Shown: one piece after another, positions 11,076-24,340 of the stretch
Position numbering within the stretch: position 1 is the first letter of the stretch
How the letters are laid out: the number at the start of each line of letters is the position of its first letter
NCBI GenBank assembly: GCA_001687465.1
Contig: LVLI01000229.1
Span: forward strand, 62,001-126,000
Direction: 5' to 3'
From: Halocafeteria seosinensis
Taxonomy: Eukaryota
Length of the DNA stretch: 64,000 nucleotides
Translations under genes and position numbers: made by a program
Notes under the pieces: generated by a model
Seen by the model: only the letters and a program-made list of their open reading frames with translations
Databases searched by the model: none
Told to the model about the DNA's origin: nothing

Positions 11076-14000
11076 CTACTCAGTTGATTCTTCATTGATC
11101 TTTCCCCTTACTTTACCCAGCTTTTTCTTTGCCTTGTCGTTCGCCGGTTCCAAACGCAAAACTGCTTCCAAGTAGTTAACAGCGTCGTGGAATCGGGAAA
11201 GTCGTGTTGCCGCATTGCATGTCGCCATGAGTAGACTAACGTCATTTGGAATCGCTTCATTCGCCTTTACTAGACACTGGAGGGCTTCTTCATAGCGCGA
11301 CTGTTTCTTCAATAATCCAGCTAGATTCAAGTGTGCGGTCTTATACTTCTTATCGATGATGATTGCGTCCTGGTAAGCCAGGATCGCCGGCTCGGTTTGT
11401 CCCAGCTTCTGGAAGACATTACCCCTGGAAGACCCAAACTACAACTAGATAATCACGTCTATTGCATCACCCTGGATCAATGCCTACTCACAAGTTGTTG
11501 TGTATGAATGCATATACTTTGGTCCGCTTTGTAGCCTGTTGGTAGGCCAGTTTTGCTTCGTCGTACTTGTTTAGATGAAACAAGCACACACCTGCATAAG
11601 ATTCAGTGAACAATACCTCTTCGCATGTTGTGCATTATACCGTAAGTAAATCGTCATACCTCGGTTATTGTAGTTCAGCGGGTTAGAAGGATCAAGTCTT
11701 ATGGCTTCGTCATAACAAGCAATCGCTTCGCTGTACTTTTGCTCCTTCTGAAGGACACTCCCCTTCAGGCTAAGGCAAGATGCGTCTTGTGGATTCGAAG
11801 ACAGTAGCTCCTCGTAAACGTTGAGAGCCTCGTTCTCTTTTCCCTCTTTATGAAGTCCCAAGGCCTGAAGCATCAATTGTATGTATGGATAAAAAAGTAC
11901 CAGCTCCATAGCTGCAGGCCGCTTACCTTCGTCAAGTTCTGCGAGCGGGAAGCCCGTTCTCCATAGGTATTTGTCATACTCGAATCTTTACGCAACTTTA
12001 GTCTGCAGGCTAGTTCATTGAGTTCCGACTTAATGCTTTGAAGTTTGCTGATGGTACCATCATCTTTAAGCGCAAATTCGTTCGAAAGTAGCTCCTCGGA
12101 ATCGAAGAAGAGTCTCTTGGAGTGCTTCATGTCTTCCTCGTGGACCGTCTTAGAATGATCAACTTTGTATTTTACCAGTTGCTGGATTTCATAGAGAAGC
12201 CCTCTTTGAGCCCTAGAATAGTCACTGTCAACTGACACATTTTTGTGAAAAGCCTTGTCAAAACACTCTGCGGCCTGTTCGTACAACCCGACATTCCAGG
12301 AAGTAACTCCCTTCCCTAAGTAGTACAAGTAGTTGCTTGGATCAAGGGTAATTGCTTTAGTCTGATTCTCCAGCGCATCTTCCAGTTTACCCAGTCGTGC
12401 AAGACAAGCAGCGCTTGAGTACAAGAGACTAGAGTTCGTGGGCTCCAGAATCAAACCCGCTCTATAACTCTCTAGGGCCTTGCGATGTTGACGCAGGACT
12501 TGGAATGCATGCCCTCGCGACGTAAGTGCTGGAACATATTTAGGTTGAATTGACAAGGCTTGATCAAAATAACTGATGCCGTCGAAATATCTTGTTTGAA
12601 AGCAGTAGGCCCTCCCTACGTTCGTTACGTTGACAAAATCGGCGGGAGCGTTCGTCAAGGCTTGTTGGTACCAGGACACTGCTTCCATGAAATTCTCCAA
12701 ATCCATGTAGCAATTAGCGGTTCTGCGTACACATATTTTATTTTAATGCGAAGCTACTCCGGGATTCAGATAATCATCCTACCATCAAGTTATACTTACT
12801 GACTACAAATGATAGGGTCTTCGGGGCGAACCCGAGCTGCAGCCAAGCAAGAGCCAATTGCCTCGCTTAAGCGGCCTTCTTCATACAATAGGCGAGCTCG
12901 TAGCTTATGACTTTGAAAGTTGTTGCTATCAACTTCGAGGGCTTTTTCAATAGCAGTAATGGCAGCGCTAGGAGCCTTCAGTTCCCAATGACACTCTGCT
13001 TGTAAGATATGAGCCTCAACGTTAGTACCTGATGACTGCAATGCTTTTTTGACGAAATGCAGCGCTTGCTGGTATTCTTTCTCGGCCTTCAGAGTACGAG
13101 CCTTGGTAACGTAGGCTGCTGCAAGCTCTTCATTAGTTAGCTCCCCTTCAGCGGATAACTGCTGTGTCATCCCTTTAAGGCTGTTTACCAGGGCTCTTAT
13201 ATGATCTTTTTCCCCTGGACGCGGATATTTAATGGTATCAAAGAATGAACGCGACTCAGAGAGCTTCACTAGAAGTCCAGGTCTTATGTCCTGGTACTGT
13301 TTCGATTCATGGTTGCGAGCACAAAGCTGAAGCAGAGATTTCAATGACTCCAGGAACTTTGCGTGTTGGGGTGTAAATCTGCCGGATTTCAAATTGTCTT
13401 CGACCAAGACCAGATCACAGCACACGGCACACTTGTTAACATCTGCAATACACTTCTCTATCATTTTCATCTTGAGGAGCTGTATTGACCTGTTGTACAA
13501 CAACGTTATCCTTCTAGGATGAAATTCTTCCGCAGCGTCTAGTTTAACTGATTGATTGAAGCAGTCTAGCGATTCATGATCCCTGTCAAGCATGGATAGC
13601 AGTTTTGCTTTCCAATGCATCACCGAAACTGTAGGAGATGACACTTCCATACACCTGTCTATGCATTTGAGTCCGTCGTTGTAATTAGCTTCTGAAAAAC
13701 ATTCCTCTGCTTGCGAGACTAAACACTCGGCGATCTTTTCGTTTGCCTGTTTGGGTGAAAAGGATTCCTTCATCTTCTCATACGTCTCCACTGCCTCTTT
13801 ATAGCGCCCCAATCGACATAAACATTTTGCAATCTGCAGGTACCCGTATTCATTGTGTTTGTCGAAGTCGAGAGCTTTCCGATACTCCCGTAACGCATCT
13901 TCGAAAGACAATTCTGCGAAATACGAGTCGCCCGTTAGTATAAGAGCTGAAAGGCACCTCCCATCTACACTCAGTGCTAAACTGTAGTAATACCGGGCTT

Positions 14001-17000
14001 TGGTATGCTCACATAGCCTTTGGTCTAGTAACTTTCCTTGCCTCAGAAAAATTGGAATACTTTTGGAGTCGACGCGATTCAGTGTGTCCACAGCCTTCTC
14101 AAATTGTCCCAAGAACTCATAGCAACTCGCTAAGCACTCGAGGCAATTGTTGTCTGGAGGTTGGACCGACACTACATCTTCAAGAACTTGTGCAGCCTCT
14201 TCAAAACGAGACAGTTCATAAAGGGTAGACGCCTTATTCAAATAAGCGTCGGAAAAATCCTTCTTGAAGAGAATGCATTCCTCGAAAGAGTTAAGCGCCT
14301 CACGACAGCGTCCCATCTCAAGAAGAGTGGTACCATGGTTATACCAGGCTGTGGCAATTAAACTAGGCTCACCGGAACGAGTAATTACTTCGTAGGATGT
14401 GAGCGCCTCCTCGAATGAGCTCAGTGAGAATGACACATTACCCTGAGATATCAGAACATGCGGAGGTGGTAGTCCGCGCACATGACGATTGTTATAATAT
14501 GCGTACCTTGCTCAAGTGACATTGTAGCGAGCCAGGGCCATTCCTGAGCGACTTGTTAAAATAGCCTAAAGCTGTTTTGGATTCTCCTTTCTTGTACTCA
14601 AAGTACCCACGCAGATAAAGTAGAATCGGGGCTGCTTCCTGTTCAAGCGCCTTGTTTAGCACCTGAATTCCCCGAGCCTCGACGTTGTCATTTGAATAGC
14701 ATAAAGCCAAATTGTAATTCTGCAGATATATCATCATGTTACAACTTTAGCAAATACCCGTAAGTGGAACAAGACTACCTACGACCAGGGCCGAGCTCGG
14801 ACGGAGTTTCAATGCTTCTCGAAGCACATCAATAGCCTCACGAAAGGCTCCTTGTTTCTGCAGACAGACCCCCTTATTATTCCAGGCAAAATAGCACTCA
14901 GCGTTGGCCTCAATCATCTTTGAAAAAATCTTTATTGCTTCCTTATAGTTTTGCAAGTCTGCCAATGCATTCCCCAAACCTGCATAACAAGAATCGTCCA
15001 AATCTATCTTGTGGTGACTCCATATTATGTATCTAACTGACCTAGGTACGCTTCCATGCATGACCTATTCAAGTCAATAACGTCCTTAAAACACGATACA
15101 CTTTCTCGCACACGACCAGATATTCTCAGGCAGATGCCCTTCAAAAGATAGAGCTCGGAAACTCTGTACGCTGGAAGCAGACATCTCTGATATCCGTCAA
15201 TATTATGATCCTCGTCAGATGTTGCTGCTATGGCAGGAGCAAGGTCTAATGCTTTGTCGATATCCACAAGTGCCGAAGAATAATCGTTTGTATACATAAG
15301 CAGTTTTGCCTTCGATATGTATGCAAGGGCTGTTGCTATGGTCAGGCACCTGCATTAAAAAACAAAGGGATCATGGTTGATGCAGAGAAATAAATCTAAA
15401 TAACCGTACCTAAGCTTCGGGCGGGAGCCTTTCAGTGTTTTGGGCTTCGGGTCTTGTAGGAAACCACTCGCACAATCCACTGCCTTCTTGTACAAGTTAA
15501 GGGCTTCCATGCTACTCCCCCTCCCTTCGAAACATTTGCCCTCTGAGAGCATACTCATTGCCCTTTCAGGCGTAGAATCCTTAAAATCTTCGGCTTGCAT
15601 TTGCTTTGGGGGCATTTGATATCGCGAGCTGGAACGTGGAAGAGCAGCCGCGTTATAGGTGGGTACGTTCTTTTGTGCCTGCTCGTAGGCAGAGAATGCT
15701 TCCTCATAGCGCCCGAGCTCGAAAAGCGCTGAAGCTCGATTGAAATCTGCTTCGGCGAATGTCGGCCGTAGACAGAGGACGTGTTCGTAGCATCCAACCG
15801 CATCAGTCAATTTGCCCATACTATGCAGAGCATGGCCGTAGTTAAAGTTGGCGGATACTAAATCTGGAGACAATGAAACCGCTTTATGGTAGCATCGTAC
15901 CGCTGCTTTCAGTTTGTTACTCCTTTCATAACAGAAACCAAGGTCTGCATATGGGTAGATGCTAGTTTACAGAATGCGTCAGGCTTCGGTGTGGGGCTAA
16001 GGCTGGCTTACTTGAATATGCTAGAGCAAAATTTGGATCGAGTTCAATAGCTTTTCTGTAGCTGCTAATGGCTTCATCAACGTAGTTCAGGTTGTTAAGT
16101 GAATATCCCTGCTATTTGCCGAACGAGCAAGCATTAGGAAGAGACACGAGTGAACACTTGCCTACATACAAACTTACCATGTTGTTGTGTGTGACAGCAA
16201 TGCTGCCATCAATGTGGATGCTCGTAGTGTAGCATTCCACCGCTTTCTCGTCCTCTCCCTGAATTTGGAGAATATTTCCCTGCATTACAAACGAGTTTCT
16301 CAAGCTCCAGTCGGACTGACTCAGTTAGTTCTCCTACGTATATACGTCGCTCAGTACCTTATTTGTATATGCCACGGCGTTTTCTTTTCCGCTCTGCTTC
16401 CCCATTTTGATGGCCATATCAAAGCACTTTATTGCTTCCTCGTTCCTTCCTAACGACTTCAACGCAAGTCCTGAGATACAAAAGGTGCTTGTAGGTTCAT
16501 AGATAAATCAGTGTTTCAACGTAAGCAGATGCATGGGAGCTCACCTTTGTTATTGAAGGTATCCGCATAGTCAGCATGGATGCTGATGGCGTTGTCGTAC
16601 GCCTGTATAGCTTCCTCATACCTCTCTAGTCTTTGTAGGGAATACCCCAAGTTGTTGTAGGCCACTCCAACTGTGAAAAGAAATAATTTACTCGGTCAGT
16701 GAGGAAGCACAAGCGCAAGAAGCAGAACTTCGTACATTTTTCGTCGAGTTCCAGGGCTCGTTTGTACCACACTGCACACGTGTTTATGCAAACCTTGAAC
16801 GCTGTGAGCATGCTGTGCTAACACGATTTTCTTCGTACCCATGGCATCTTCGTCTAGTTCCATAGACTGCAGAATATTCCCTTTTAGAGTACAATTCTTG
16901 GGCACTTGCCCTACATCCTTGAAGTCCAACTCGACGAGGCGCAGCGCTTTATCGTACTGCTGCTTGCCAAACGCGCGCAATGCACTTTGAAAATATGACT

Positions 17001-17169
17001 GACCCTGTAGCGTATACTCTTCTCTATTAAACACTAGGATGCATGATTGACAAGAGATCTCACTTCCAATACTAACCTCATGCTTGGGTGAGCGCTTATC
17101 GGGTTTATTCGTCCCGTTGCCGTTGGCGGCAGCCCCATCTTTAGGGGAACCGATCTGGTTCTTTTGCAT
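11076..17169 (-). CDS. Large all-TPR repeat protein (16 exons, roughly 1,700 aa)
   Basis: Fifteen GT-AG introns join the minus-strand fragments in frame from ATG 17169 to TAG 11076. Many TPR consensus units, e.g. AYNNLGYSLQRLERYEEAIQAYDNAI and AWNNKGVCLQKQGAFREAIDVLREAL. No catalytic domain recognised. Confidence 0.88.
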
Positions 17170-18680
17170 ATTTTAGAGGCGGGTAATATACGAATGCAAT
17201 TTTGAGGCAAGGTTTGGTTGACGAACGTGCTGTACGATTTGTGGCCGGTTGCCTCATACGAACGCTTCACACAAATGGACGCCTCTATTCAGCATCGGTC
17301 ACAATCTCTGTACGGTACAATATAGTATGAAAAGGGAAAACCATGCAATTCCATACTCAAACTTGAACTACTCACAAAAAATAGAACAACTGCGTCATCG
17401 TAGGCGATTCATAGCTGTAGTTAACGCATGACGCAATGGCTCGAGTCACGGCAACTTCAACATGAAAAGGATTAACAGGTTGGTATGGATCGAACTTTAT
17501 ATGAATATTGGATATTTGAGTAGTATCTGGACACTGATCTGACTGCAATGGACATGCATTTACTGTACCATCGTGTGTGACCGAGAGATACATATATATG
17601 TAACGTCCTGGTCTCCTGGCATGTGGAATCCGGGATTCAGCTGCTGCTCATTTATACACGACAGTGGAACGGCACTTCGGCGGAATTCTCGGAGGTCCAG
17701 ACATCGTCGGGTACTCTATAGCACGGTAACCATGGATGGAAGGCAACCGTTATGTTAAACCATAGGTACCGGTATTGGCGTGGCTTAAAGTTGAGTTTTG
17801 ATTGCTGTACTGTATGCGACATACAAGACTGAGCTGACTAGCTTTGCATAGGTTGAGGACTTCAGCATGCCACCTCCTTTCGTTTGCGATGTTCCACAAA
17901 GCTTACCCCGATATTGAGACGACGGAGGTTGCAAACGTATTACCCTTAACATGGCCACAATTGTGGAGAGTATGTGGCTTTGCGAAAGCGAGCAATACAG
18001 AATTGCAATCACTTGATTACTCAAAATGGTTGCTTTGGTTTTCTTTTTACCTCTATTTCATCATACTGAAGAAGTTACAGTAGTCTATGTCATTACAATC
18101 TTCCTGTTCCTTTCTTTTTTTTAACTTGGTCTTGCCCGTCGCTGTAGGAATTCTTGGTGGGTATCTAAAACTGTCTATAGTACCAAAATACCATAAGGCC
18201 TTCTAGCAGGAGCGATTTTGAAACGCTCTCCTTTGGTCTGCCGTTGTAGTATCGTCCCAAACTTTTGGTAAGTGGAAGTAGAAACTTCTTCCACCGGTAA
18301 GTCGCAAGAGCGAAGAACAGTGTGTCTGTAGTGCACTTCACGTGCCACCCTCCTTCGAGGCTCGAGGATTGTTGCGGCTAGAGCAGTGCTTATGTATGTG
18401 CTCTTGCTGCCTATCTGATGGTAATCGTTTGCTGAATGCAGTATTACCGTTGTTTGTCGTTTTGAAGTTGGCACCAGCGGTAAGTACATCACACATCTTC
18501 ATTGGAACCTAGTGACGGTTGTTCCAATGAGTTGTTCTGCGGCTCTTATCCTACGTTATGGAATGTTTGATGATCTATTTCACAGGGATCGTCGTTAAAG
18601 ATAAACCAAATATTAACTATTGTGGCAACACTGGTTGCCTCATTGTAGCGTGAGACTGTACACTTGCATGAAGCGCAACC

Positions 18681-20265
18681 ATGATGTCGGGATCAAAGCT
18701 TTGGAGCCACATCTGGAGACAGCTAATTACGTACCGAACGCTCCGACAGATGGAAGTGCAAGATGTTCGAGTTGGACTCCTCCATAAAGCCTGTCTACTC
18801 GCTGCTGCCTGCTATCTGGTGTTCACTATCTTTTCTTCGCACGCTTACATGCGGAAAGAAACTCCGGCCGTCACAGTGAATGCATGGGTGGAGGGCACTA
18901 GTTCTTTCAAGGAGAGACTGCAACAATACCAAGCCGATCCTGAGCATGCGCCTTGGTACTGTGATAGTCGGGAAACAAACTACTTATACAGCGAGGGCTT
19001 TGAATACTTGAACAACTCGTGCGCTTTTGATATATTCCTCGGCCAGGCTACCATCGAAGATAGCAGTGCCATGGAATTTGTTTCATACTTCCAGGACAGG
19101 AATCTATCAGATATCGCTGCTCATCACAGTCGGAATGCATTTGTTCCAGGTAAAGTGATATTTTGAAGAATGTATCAGCGAATAGCGTTTGCACCAACGG
19201 CGTTCGATGTTATGATGCTGAGGTCCAGATATCGAAGACCTCTATTTGGTTTTTAGTCACTCTTTCCCGACGGCGTTAGGTGTGGAGGGATCCAACGTAG
19301 AAACGACCGTAGAGTCGAAGGATGGGAGTAAATCAAAAAAATTTAAGGAAGGTGATTCCGTCCGGATTCGAGTATCAGAGCTCCTTAACATGGCCGGTAT
19401 TGACCTCGATGATAGGAATGAAAACAGCGGTGGTGCTCCGCCAGTATATGGAATGTATTGGCCGATTTATCGGATGACAGGTATGTAGCTGTGTATCCAT
19501 CAGTGGCAATTAAGATCATGACCTAGTCTTAGTGTCAACCATGACAGGCCTTTCTTTACCAATGGTATGTAGAGCAAATCATATTCACGTGCGATATAAT
19601 ACTCTGAAAGCAGGTACTCTTGCAGGAATTAGTGTACGAAAATTTCCGATCTGATAAACCATTTGATTTTACGAAACGATTGAGAGCATTCGTCACCGCT
19701 CCTGATAACGTTTGGATGGGACGAGGTCGTCAAGTTTTTGCCAAGTGGATCCAAGAAGAGGGTAGTTTTGCCCCCTTCGAGCGTTATCCCCAAGTAATCT
19801 CAGTGAAATTTCAAACAGCTGGAGAGGTTGGGGTCCCAAACGCTTTCGAAGCAATAATGAATGTCGGAGTAAGTGCCGCAGTATTTGGGTTAGTCAAAGT
19901 AAGTGCCGCTCCAAAGTTTCGGATGTGAAGCATTCACGCTATCGGCAATTTCTCGTTTCCGGTGTAATTGTTCTCAGACCGTAATGGATATTCTAGCGAT
20001 ATTTATCTTGAAGGAATTTAGGGACATGAAAACCTTAGACCCTGAAGAGTGGGAAACTTTGGAAGGAAAAGGAACAGCAGATACCGCTGAGGTCAAGCAA
20101 AATTCTATCTCCTCAAGTAAATGTGAAAAGGAAGACACTGAAGAGTGGGGTATAGAGCTGAAGGAAACGAATCCGATCCGCCAAACCGACCAGCCCGAAC
20201 GCCCAGCAAGCAATTCCAATGGCAATGGCAATGACAGCCTTAGTTATACTACGGTAAAGAAATGA
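18681..20265 (+). CDS. P2X: P2X receptor-like trimeric ion channel, paralogue A (5 exons)
   Basis: Introns 19150-19228, 19481-19547, 19565-19625 and 19899-19977. Motifs: YxTxR (YRTLR), DxRxGxL before TM1, RxxG...YxN strand, GxxG before TM2, TM2 Asp (VMD) and C-terminal FxxxK. Confidence 0.82.
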
Positions 20266-21153
20266 CTGTAGGCTGAATTACCACGATACTCTTAACATGG
20301 TGCATTGTGGTAACATGGCAGTAGAGTGGCAATACACTCACGCTGGCTGCGGATGTTCCCAAGAAGTTCAGGCAGCACTACTGCGAAACTTGGCATGAAC
20401 CCGAAGCCACCAATCAGGGATTGAGTAGGTGCGCCAAAAGTAAAATAAACAAAAACTATAATCGGGTATCAGTTACTCTCTCACTCTACAGAGTGGCTTA
20501 CTCACCTGGTGAAGTTCGGGAAAATCCGCACATACTATATGTATAGACCATTGCATTTGCTACTTTAAGTGGACATGGACACCAATTCCTTGACAAGCTC
20601 AATCAATGTATCGAGTGAGGGAGAGCTTGGCCTCAGCCTCTGGATTCATGATAAGTATGTGAATTCGATAGTGGAATGACCGAACCCAATGATACGCGGG
20701 TGGGCTATGAGATGGCTATGCGGGAGTCCTGGGATTGATGCTTGGTCGGTGCTTGGTGATGGAAGCTGCTGTCTGGAATACTACAGGAGTTATGCCATAC
20801 TTGGAGGTCTTGCTTCATGCGTAATTCTTAATGGGATGCTTGTTTGTTAGGCTTGTGGTGTATCAGTTGTTTCTAAGCTTCTGGTACTATCTCTATACTT
20901 CCTCCGTGCGTGTACTGGTATTGCTCCTACCGGAAGACGTGTCTGCTACGCTACGCTGTGTGAGGGGTGAACCGCAACCGGTCCAGCATCTTCACATTGT
21001 GGCACATCAACGCGACTGACAGTTTGGCCATCATCAGCTTGCGGAAGTTCCGCATCTCCCTTGTCCCCAGAACCCGATGCTTTCCTGGCAATTCTCTTGG
21101 GGAACTGGATTGCGCCCCTCAATGACCCTGGAGTCTCTTGCACACAGCCGAGA

Positions 21154-23343
21154 CTATTGTGAACTCCTTCTGGGATGCTGCATCAACAGCGAGCTCCGTG
21201 TTGCGAGTTGTCTTTTGCATCCATCTTTGTTTTTATTCGGTGTTCCTCCCTTGCCGCATTCTCTACAAGAACTGTCCATCTCCTGCGAGTATTGCCCCTG
21301 GCTACACTCAACACACCCGTTTCGAGTTGCATTCGGGACTTTCCCAGCACCACAAGTTATACAATGACTGTCTTCTACCGTGGCGATTTGGTAGGGAGCA
21401 CAATCAACACATGAATTGCCATTCGCGTTCGGAACCCTTCCGGCCTCGCAGGTCTCGCACTGGCTACTCCAGGTTGGGGCGACTTTGTTCTCAGGACAAA
21501 AGACGCACGCACTCTGATTGGCATTAGGCACCATCCCACTGTCGCAATTTTCGCACATAACGTGCAAAGACGTCGCAAACTGATGGCTGGGGCACTTTAT
21601 GCAACCATCCTTCCCGTTGGTGGGAACTGTTCCGGGTCCACAAGTATGACACTTCGAGTCTGCCACCGTCGCATACTGGGAACCTAAGCAGCGTATGCAA
21701 TGATCTCGCGAAACGCTTGGGTATTTACCTGCATCACAAACTCGGCAATGCGAATCAGTTTCGCCGGCCACCTCATTTGGTTGACACTCCCGACATCCAT
21801 CCCGAGTCGAGTTCGGCACCTTTCCTGGTCGGCAAGTTCGGCATATATGATCAGTGGCTCCTGACACTTGATATATTGGACAGGGTGTACAGGCCTCTTG
21901 AAGAGGGTCTGGTATTTGTCCAGAACCACACATCCTACAATCGGCGTCGCGCTCCCTCGCAACTTCGAATGGTTGGCAGCGTTCGCAGCGATCGGAGGTA
22001 TTGCTCGGTACTCTCCCGGCCCCACAAGTTATGCACGTTTCTTGATTTTCATCCGGTATTTCATACGGGTTACATGCTCGGCAGAATACGTCTGTGGCGG
22101 CAGCGACAAGTCCATGCCCACAATCTTCACAACTAGATTGATTTCCTGTCGGTACTCTCCCGGGACCACATCCGTGTCGTACAAGACCACCGATTTGACT
22201 CACACCGTATACCGAAGAGGAAGTACAATCATCCTGCGCCGGAGTAGGAACGGTTCCGTCTCTGCAGTACTTGCATTCGGCGTCGAGGCTTGTCGCAAAT
22301 TGACGAGGGCCGCACGGCTCACATGCATTCCCCTCTGGGTTGGGTGCTTTCCCTGGCCCACAAAGAACACAACGCTGGCCATATCTGTCGGGTACCTCAT
22401 TACTCTCGCACCGCTTGCAATAGGTATCTTCGAAGGATGCAACGGCGTTGTCGTCGCATTTCGTGCAACCGGACTGGTCTTCAGTAGGTACCTCTCCTGC
22501 GTCGCAATTGGAGCAGACGCCGTCTTCGGTTCCAGAGTATTGGTGCGTCGGACAGGCAACACATGTTTTTTGTCCCATCAGTGGTATCCTCCCAGGTCCA
22601 CATGGCCGGCATACCATGCTTTCGCTACCAGAATACTCGTGTGAATCACATGAACGGCATATGATCGAAGTGTTCCGGTCAACCGCCGGTGCTTCGCCTC
22701 CACCACATGTCAAGGGTGTGTAGATCAGTCCCAGGTTTGGGGCACGAACGTGCTCCTGATCAAGCTTCTGGTTCAGAAAATCATGAGGTTCACCATTAAA
22801 ACCAACGAAAAAAGCGTGATCTCCATCAGCTGGCTCCCACGATTTGATAGGGTGGTCAATTTTTAGCCTCTTTACATCAATGTGTCTTACCCCATGCCAG
22901 TACTGTTGGTAGTCAGTCGATCCTTGGGCAATTACGTACGTTTCATTTTCTGTCAGAAGGACGTCGCGGTCAAGTTCAGCTGTTTGAATTCCTTCTGGGT
23001 AATAAGAAGGTCCGTGTGCGTGTCCTAATACTTCCGCAAGTCGGTTGCGAACAGGGTCAACGCGAAATATAGCTATCATAAGCTCGCGTGGGTCATGCCG
23101 GTTCAAAGGACTCAAATATACTCCGCTAACGAAAAGCGGATAGTCGACTTGAATTTTGTATCCTCTCCAGTCGTCGTGAGAGGAGTATAGTTCCGCGTAG
23201 CCACTACCCGCCAGACGGAACGATCGTTCCAGCAGTTGTGTATGTGGACGAGCATTGCCCTGGTCGCTGAAAGTGAGACAGATCAAAACCATGAAGATGG
23301 TGAGTGCGACTGGCATGCCGAACTTCTGCTGCGTTTTGGCCAT
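21154..23343 (-). CDS. Secreted protein with an ~170-aa N-terminal globular domain and about 30 CxxC 16-residue repeats
   Basis: 729-aa uninterrupted ORF with a hydrophobic signal peptide (MPVALTIFMVLICLTFS) and regular CxxC-x12 units resembling ephrin-receptor-like/GCC2_GCC3/VSP-type Cys-rich repeats. Confidence 0.88.
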   Translation of the reverse strand: MAKTQQKFGMPVALTIFMVLICLTFSDQGNARPHTQLLERSFRLAGSGYAELYSSHDDWRGYKIQVDYPLFVSGVYLSPLNRHDPRELMIAIFRVDPVRNRLAEVLGHAHGPSYYPEGIQTAELDRDVLLTENETYVIAQGSTDYQQYWHGVRHIDVKRLKIDHPIKSWEPADGDHAFFVGFNGEPHDFLNQKLDQEHVRAPNLGLIYTPLTCGGGEAPAVDRNTSIICRSCDSHEYSGSESMVCRPCGPGRIPLMGQKTCVACPTHQYSGTEDGVCSNCDAGEVPTEDQSGCTKCDDNAVASFEDTYCKRCESNEVPDRYGQRCVLCGPGKAPNPEGNACEPCGPRQFATSLDAECKYCRDGTVPTPAQDDCTSSSVYGVSQIGGLVRHGCGPGRVPTGNQSSCEDCGHGLVAAATDVFCRACNPYEIPDENQETCITCGAGRVPSNTSDRCERCQPFEVARERDADCRMCGSGQIPDPLQEACTPCPIYQVSGATDHICRTCRPGKVPNSTRDGCRECQPNEVAGETDSHCRVCDAGKYPSVSRDHCIRCLGSQYATVADSKCHTCGPGTVPTNGKDGCIKCPSHQFATSLHVMCENCDSGMVPNANQSACVFCPENKVAPTWSSQCETCEAGRVPNANGNSCVDCAPYQIATVEDSHCITCGAGKVPNATRNGCVECSQGQYSQEMDSSCRECGKGGTPNKNKDGCKRQLATRSSLLMQHPRRSSQ

Positions 23344-24272
23344 AAAATACTGACGTTTGAGAAGGTGCTGGAAAAAATATGCGCCTTGTTTAGAAAACTC
23401 GGTAAAACTTTTGAATTGCTATGATAGCAACGCTATCAACTGGCGCTGTTCAAGGATTGCGCCGGCTACTTATCGGCTTTTGTTATTTACGAGGAACTGC
23501 TGCCCACCCGTATACTACTTGCTTCCGACAAATACCCGCTTGAAGGAGGCTTTTGACACGGTTACCGAGATTTCGTCCAGCGATATCAGCTGCTCTGCTC
23601 TGTGCTTTTTTTGAGGGGTAACAATGACCCATCTAGCATCCTGGGAACGCTTACTCGTAGCTTGCCTCTACATATGGATATGCTCAAGAAATATATGTTT
23701 TCTTGAAGACTATCAATCTATAGTGCTTGCAGCTAAATGTTCATGGTAGCTCATACGTATGTAGTGTGACGTTGAACGGGTGTTGGATACGCGGCGGCCT
23801 GTCACGGAAGTGCCTGCCATACAGCATACAGCATATGCCCACAGCGCGGCTGACGAGAGCACATATGCACCGTGATAAAGCTGCAAACGTGCCATAGTGT
23901 GACGCTATACTGATGCAAACAAAGTTAAATAGCAATTGTAGGTGAGCCCTTCGGTTGTGCTTGCAGTCACTACAGATGTACATATCTCCGACTGCTGGTG
24001 AGACAGGACCTAAACAAGCGCAAAACGAAAGATTATATGTTGTATACGGTGACGGTCGTAGAGTATATAGAATCTCTACCGATTGCCTAAACTAAGCTCC
24101 GTCATATAGAGAGTTGATCCTGAAGATTCGAAAGCCGACACCGCAACGGAAACACTGCACTGGAACCACGGGAACCGATCGACTCTGAGAAGCACCCGGA
24201 GACGGAGAACCGCCTGAATGACACTACGAAAGGAGAAAGAAACCCGTACGTAGACGCATGTGCCTGTGGAGA

Positions 24273-24278
<6 letters not shown>

Positions 24279-24338
<60 letters not shown>
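24279..24338. repeat. (CA)30 microsatellite
   Basis: Perfect CA dinucleotide run read directly from the sequence. Confidence 0.98.

Positions 24339-24340
<2 letters not shown>

Noticed and set aside
11076..17169. Fragmented ORFs as pseudogenes, frameshifts or stop-codon reassignment (also 29871-31944 and 39187-44691)
   Set aside because: The breaks are explained by short spliceosomal introns that restore the frame, and long exons translate cleanly with the standard code.
19638..19650. NFR in YENFR of both P2X paralogues as the vertebrate ATP-binding NFR motif
   Set aside because: It lies about 58 residues before the pre-TM2 GxxG, versus roughly 33 in vertebrate P2X. It fits the upstream YxN strand better, so the match is likely coincidental.
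21138..22723. Plus-strand ORFs up to 258 aa opposite the CxxC gene, and similar shadow ORFs over TSC2, OFCC1-like and Alba
   Set aside because: Antisense or alternate-frame shadows of well-supported genes, with no independent motifs.
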